This document shows, in pieces, positions 27,564 through 32,000 of a DNA stretch of 32,000 nucleotides. A program made the translations under genes and the position numbers. Each line of letters begins with the position of its first letter. Within the stretch, counting starts at the first letter, position 1. This stretch comes from Desulfocapsa sulfexigens DSM 10523. Its GTDB lineage: Bacteria; Desulfobacterota; Desulfobulbia; Desulfobulbales; Desulfocapsaceae. A model generated the notes under the pieces. The model was not told where the DNA came from. It made no database searches and worked only from the letters and a program-made list of their open reading frames with translations. The stretch is from positions 2,640,001-2,672,000 of the forward strand of contig NC_020304.1 in NCBI RefSeq assembly GCF_000341395.1, read 5' to 3'.

Positions 27564-28877
27564 ATGCAGGATATACAGCAGGTTATGGTGTTTGTGGAAC
27601 GTCTTGTGGCCCAGGATATCGGCAAGGCTGTAAAAATCCTTGAAGAAACACCTAGAAAAGATGCGGCCGCAATTTTGGCAAACATGTCACCTGAAAGTGT
27701 GGCGCAGATAATCCGCAGACTACAGACCAGTTTTTCTGCAACCCTCCTTGAAGAGCGGAATGTGGAGTCAGCGGCATCCATCCTCACCTCCCTTCCACCT
27801 AATCAGGCGGCGTCTATCGTCATGCATCTTTCTACACAATCCCGGGATCGCCTGCTGCCCCATATCTCCGGTACACTTTTAGAAAAAATAAGGGATTTGT
27901 ATACCTATCCGGAAGGGAGCGTGGGGAGGTATATGTCAACGGATTATCTTACTTTCCTGAAACATGAAGAAGCTGGAGATGTGATAGAAAAAATAAGGGC
28001 GCTTGCCAGTAAAAAGACCTTTCCAGCATCGTATGCCTATGTTGTCGATGATGATGGGATTCTGCAGGGTGTGTTGAATATGCGTGATCTCATGCTTGCA
28101 AGACCAGAGCAGCCTCTTAGTTCTTTTATGATTGCAAATGTTTACACACTTCATTGTTTTCTCGACAGGAGTGAGGCGACCAGGGAGATGGCTAAGCGCA
28201 AATATTTTGCAGCACCTATAGTAGATAATGAAAACAGAATTCTTGGGGTTATCAAAGCTGAAAATTTACTAACCGGCCTCAAGGAGGATGTTACTGCCGA
28301 CCTCTTGAAAATGGTTGGTGCTGGCGGCGATGAGAAAACATTCTCCCCGATCAGTTTTGCCTTGAAAAAGAGACTGCTCTGGCTAAATGTAAACCTGGTC
28401 ACTGCTTTTCTTGCAGCGGCTGTGGTTGCAATGTTTGAGGGTATTATTGCGAAGATAACAATTCTGGCGATATTCCTGCCGGTTATTGCCGGGCAGGGTG
28501 GAAATGCCGGGGCACAATCTCTTGCTGTTGTGATGCGTGGGCTTGTGATGCGTGAAATTCCGGCAAAGAGAGTACGGGAACTCATATGGAAAGAAACACG
28601 TTTGGGAGCAATTAATGGCGTTGCTATTGGAATAGTGACGGCCCTTATTGCCTGGCTATGGCATGGTAACCCATGGTTAGGGCTCGTTATCGGCCTTGGT
28701 ATGATTTTAAATCTGGCCATTGCGGGCCTTGCAGGGAGTTCAATTCCTATCTTGATGAAAAAGATGGGTATTGATCCAGCACAAAGCTCTAGTATCATAT
28801 TGACTACTGTAACCGACGTTATGGGTTTTCTGGCTTTTCTTGGACTTGCTGTGATTTTTCAAGATTATCTTATCTAA
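27564..28877 (+). CDS. mgtE: MgtE-family magnesium transporter with tandem CBS domains
   Basis: N-domain repeats (VESAASILTSLPPNQAASIV), CBS pair, TM region with FLPVIAGQGGNAGAQSLAVVMRGL. Confidence 0.93.
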   Translation: MQDIQQVMVFVERLVAQDIGKAVKILEETPRKDAAAILANMSPESVAQIIRRLQTSFSATLLEERNVESAASILTSLPPNQAASIVMHLSTQSRDRLLPHISGTLLEKIRDLYTYPEGSVGRYMSTDYLTFLKHEEAGDVIEKIRALASKKTFPASYAYVVDDDGILQGVLNMRDLMLARPEQPLSSFMIANVYTLHCFLDRSEATREMAKRKYFAAPIVDNENRILGVIKAENLLTGLKEDVTADLLKMVGAGGDEKTFSPISFALKKRLLWLNVNLVTAFLAAAVVAMFEGIIAKITILAIFLPVIAGQGGNAGAQSLAVVMRGLVMREIPAKRVRELIWKETRLGAINGVAIGIVTALIAWLWHGNPWLGLVIGLGMILNLAIAGLAGSSIPILMKKMGIDPAQSSSIILTTVTDVMGFLAFLGLAVIFQDYLI

Positions 28878-28957
28878 GAACAGATAAGAATAGGATGTAA
28901 ACCAGACTCGTACGGTTGATGAACTGAGCTGATGGCTGTGGTGGTTTGTAATGAGAA

Positions 28958-28995
28958 TCTCCTTTGGGGCGCATTTCTTTGTGTCCCAAAGGAGA
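28958..28995. terminator. Hairpin immediately 3' of tRNA-Arg (possible terminator or processing structure)
   Basis: TCTCCTTTGGG (28958-28968) and CCCAAAGGAGA (28985-28995), 11-bp perfect stem with 16-nt loop; no clear T-run. Confidence 0.4.
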
Positions 28996-29004
28996 ATCGC
29001 TGTA

Positions 29005-29081
29005 TGGTACACCCAGTAGGATTCGAACCTACGACTCCCGGATTCGAAGTCCGGTGCTCTATCCAGCTGAGCTATGGGTGC
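29005..29081 (-). tRNA. tRNA-Arg (anticodon TCG)
   Basis: GCACCCATAGCTCAGCTGGATAGAGCACCGGACTTCGAATCCGGGAGTCGTAGGTTCGAATCCTACTGGGTGTACCA; full cloverleaf, encoded CCA. Confidence 0.97.
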
Positions 29082-29254
29082 TTTTTATATGCTGCTTCAG
29101 ACAATATATATTTATTCCACTACAAGTGTCGGCATGTATCTGCTGTTACCGATGGTTGTGAGCGAAAAAAAACTGCAAGCATCCTAGGCAACTTGAACAG
29201 ATGATATGCAGTTATTGGGAAACAAATAATCTACTCTGCTAATCTTGTCAATTC

Positions 29255-31036
29255 CTACCCGCCACAGGTGATTCGAATTGTCTCCGCTTTTTCGGCAATT
29301 CCTTTCTTTAATACTTCATGGTTATATGCGGCAATCACATCACGGCGTTTCAGCATTCCCACAACCCACTTGTTTTCCAGATCTTCCACAACCGGAATTT
29401 CTTCAATTCCCTTCACATCGAAGAGCTGCATTGCCGTATAGAGGGAGTCATCGGGGGTCAACATAATAACGTCTCTGCTGCAGATCCCGCCTACCAGATA
29501 ACAGACCCGTTCTGCTTTTGCCCTGTGCAGTATGTTTTTCACGTCCTGCATGGAGATAATACCGGTCATTCGGCCTGAGTCATCAACAACGGGAAAGTAA
29601 AAGCTGCTTTTTGCCATTCTGAATATTTCAAGGAGATGATTGATATTGGCTCGTTCTGAAATAAAATCGACATCTTCGGTGATGGCCTTACCAACGCGGA
29701 CGGACTTCATAATGGCGGCTTCACGACCCTCATGGATATTGATCCCTTCACGGGTAAAGTCAACGGTGTCGATGGAGTCGGAATTGAATTTTTTGGAAAC
29801 CACCACACCAATAATGGAGGTCAGCATTATGGGGATAATAATAAGATAATTGCCGGTCATTTCAAAAAGAAGGAAGATCGCGGTCATGGGTGCATGCGTT
29901 GAAGCTGCCAGAAAAGCACCAATACCAACCGTAGCGTATGCTCCGGGGTCTGCAGTGAAAGAGGGGAATACCATATTGGCAATATGTCCAAAACAGCCTC
30001 CAATCATGGCCCCAATAAAGAGGGCAGGGGCAAAAACTCCACCGGCTCCACCTGATCCAAGGGTTATGGATGTTGCAAAAATCTTCATAAAAATGAGAAT
30101 AAAGAGAAGCAAAATAGCTCCCTCACCATTGAGGACTCTTTCTATGAAACTGTATCCATCTCCCATTATCTCGGGATAGGCCATCGCCATGCAGCCAATG
30201 AGAAAGGCACCAGTTATTGGTTTCAGCTGCGGGTGTAGAGGCAATGCCTCGTATTTGTCTCTTACCCAGTAAAAGACACGGATATAGAAGACCGCAATCA
30301 GTCCGATGATGATTGCCAGAAGAATGTAGAGTGGCAACTCCACGAAGGGGTTAACCATAACATAGTGTGGAATCGGGAAAGCGGGTATTTCACCGTAATA
30401 TGCTCGTGTGACAACGGTAGAAAGAGCAGAAGCGATGACAAGAGCGGAAAAGGAGGAAATTTCAAAGGTGCCGAGGAGTACAATTTCCGAAGCAAAAAAT
30501 ATACCGGCTATGGGGGCATTAAACATCCCTGCTATCCCACCTGCAGCGCCAGCTGCAATATATACTTTCATCCTGCTGCCGGATACTCTGAAAAACTGTC
30601 CAACCTGAGATCCTGCTGCGCCACCAATCGCGGCGATTGGACCTTCAACACCGGCGGAATTCCCGGTACCGATGGTAAGGGCAGTGGTGATAATCTTGAG
30701 TGCTATGGTTCTTGCCTTGATATATCCGCCCTCAAGATTGACTTTGCGGAGAAATTTCGTAAATCCGTAGCCGTTGACTTCTCCTGGAAAAAGAAGTGAA
30801 AGGGGAATCAAAAGAACCATGCCGGCCATGGGAATGAGGGGGAGTAACAGGAGGTGCCAGCCGCCCTGGTCAATGTTGAGCAGATCTTTTCCGCCAACCA
30901 TGAATATTTCATCCACCCAATGAACAATAGTCCGAAAAACGATATTGCAGAGACCGGCCAGAAGACCAATCACGGAGGCAATAATCATCATGCCGGTATT
31001 TTCGCCGGGCATGAACTTTCGGAGGTTATATTTCAT
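29255..31036 (-). CDS. ClC-family chloride channel/transporter with C-terminal CBS domains
   Basis: GTGNSAGVEGPIAAIGGAAGSQVGQF, GGAGGVFAPALFIGAMIGG; C-terminal CBS pair. Confidence 0.95.
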   Translation of the reverse strand: MKYNLRKFMPGENTGMMIIASVIGLLAGLCNIVFRTIVHWVDEIFMVGGKDLLNIDQGGWHLLLLPLIPMAGMVLLIPLSLLFPGEVNGYGFTKFLRKVNLEGGYIKARTIALKIITTALTIGTGNSAGVEGPIAAIGGAAGSQVGQFFRVSGSRMKVYIAAGAAGGIAGMFNAPIAGIFFASEIVLLGTFEISSFSALVIASALSTVVTRAYYGEIPAFPIPHYVMVNPFVELPLYILLAIIIGLIAVFYIRVFYWVRDKYEALPLHPQLKPITGAFLIGCMAMAYPEIMGDGYSFIERVLNGEGAILLLFILIFMKIFATSITLGSGGAGGVFAPALFIGAMIGGCFGHIANMVFPSFTADPGAYATVGIGAFLAASTHAPMTAIFLLFEMTGNYLIIIPIMLTSIIGVVVSKKFNSDSIDTVDFTREGINIHEGREAAIMKSVRVGKAITEDVDFISERANINHLLEIFRMAKSSFYFPVVDDSGRMTGIISMQDVKNILHRAKAERVCYLVGGICSRDVIMLTPDDSLYTAMQLFDVKGIEEIPVVEDLENKWVVGMLKRRDVIAAYNHEVLKKGIAEKAETIRITCGG

Positions 31037-32000
31037 TGTTTTCTTGGTACCTTACAGCCGACGTTTGCAGCCTGTTTAAGGAAGAAATCATCTGTCATTC
31101 CTGCTATATAGTCACAAACCATGGCGGCAGGTGTGTGTGATTCAAGATAGGACGCATCCATGTCGGTCATGATATCTACGGGTTTTGTTGTCTGCCCGCT
31201 TTCCAGTTGCGTGAGATAGTGAGTAAAGAGTGCTTCGTAACAGTTTTGAATAAGGGGAAGATTTGTCTTGGTTTTGGGGTGAAGATAGATGTTTTTGTAA
31301 TTGAATGTTTTCAGTTCCTGGAGAAATTCGGAGATTTCCTGAGAAAACCCGATATGTCCATTTCTGCTGTCACCACTGGATGGAAGGACACTGTTACGGA
31401 TAAGGTCTGTGACCAGGGTATAAACGATTTCTCCGTTGGTACGGCCAAGTTGTGTGCGGCAGGATTCCGGGATATCTTCGCGTCGTATGAGCTTCAGTAG
31501 AATGGCGTCTTCGATGTCTCTTCCGATATAAGCCACGGTGTCAGCCATGCGGACGACACACCCTTCAAAGGTCATGGGAGCGAGTTTGTAACCTGGATTT
31601 TCTTTTTTCTTTTCAAGCTCCCTGTCAAACGAGGCAAAGTTTTTAACGGTGCCCGGGCTTATTCTGTTGGCGTGGACCTCACCATCATGACAGAGGATAC
31701 CGTCGAGGGTCTGCAGACTGAGATTCCAGCCCCGTCCTTTGCGTTCCAGGTGGTTCAAAAAACGAACCGACTGAATATTATGCTGAAAGGGGGGCAGGTC
31801 GTGTTTCCTGCAGAGATCTGCGAGAAAGTTTTCTCCGTCGTGTCCAAATGGGGCATGGCCTATGTCGTGGCCAAGGGCTATAGCTTCAATGAGATCTTCG
31901 TTAAGTTTAAGAAAGCGACCTATCGTTCTGGCAATTCGTGATACCAGCTGGACGTGGAGAACCCGATGAGTAATATGGTCATTGGAGACCATGCAAAATA
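31033..32000 (-). CDS. HD-domain deoxyguanosinetriphosphate triphosphohydrolase-like protein, N-terminus cut by window edge
   Basis: ITHRVLHVQLVSRIARTIGRFLKLNEDLIEAIALGHDIGHAPFGHDGE; reading frame open to the right edge. Confidence 0.93.
   Translation of the reverse strand, partial: FCMVSNDHITHRVLHVQLVSRIARTIGRFLKLNEDLIEAIALGHDIGHAPFGHDGENFLADLCRKHDLPPFQHNIQSVRFLNHLERKGRGWNLSLQTLDGILCHDGEVHANRISPGTVKNFASFDRELEKKKENPGYKLAPMTFEGCVVRMADTVAYIGRDIEDAILLKLIRREDIPESCRTQLGRTNGEIVYTLVTDLIRNSVLPSSGDSRNGHIGFSQEISEFLQELKTFNYKNIYLHPKTKTNLPLIQNCYEALFTHYLTQLESGQTTKPVDIMTDMDASYLESHTPAAMVCDYIAGMTDDFFLKQAANVGCKVPRKQ

Noticed and set aside
1-32000. CRISPR array, phage or toxin-antitoxin/defence system
   Set aside because: No regularly spaced repeats, cas, integrase, phage structural or recognisable defence genes found in the window.

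Overview
The window looks like a Desulfobulbaceae-type deltaproteobacterial chromosome (inferred from Kdo/lipid A genes, a multiheme cytochrome and selenocysteine use). In order it carries: an msbA-like ABC transporter, kdsB, waaA, an NtrC-family response regulator and sensor kinase, a MetF protein fused to a cysteine-rich C-terminal domain, an aminoglycoside-phosphotransferase-like kinase, a sensor kinase plus periplasmic binding protein, a TonB-dependent receptor, an orphan SPASM-domain remnant of a radical SAM protein, a degenerate HD-GYP-like protein, an SLC12/APC-like transporter, a selenocysteine peroxiredoxin-like protein, a cytochrome c, a SulP transporter, ABC permease and ATPase, CorA, SodB, a diadenylate cyclase fused to YbbR, MgtE, tRNA-Arg(TCG), a ClC channel and an HD-type dNTPase. 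The strongest findings are: (1) an apparently unannotated selenoprotein at 19191-19652 (minus), where an in-frame TGA sits at the peroxidatic Cys position with a possible bSECIS hairpin, in a compact operon with a triheme cytochrome; (2) two inverted copies of a 165-185 bp MITE-like element, each with 11-bp terminal inverted repeats and its own 8-bp target duplication; (3) a CdaA-YbbR fusion with an altered RHR motif next to CBS-domain ion transporters; (4) a radical SAM/SPASM remnant behind a TonB receptor; (5) a decayed 5' part of tRNA-Arg.
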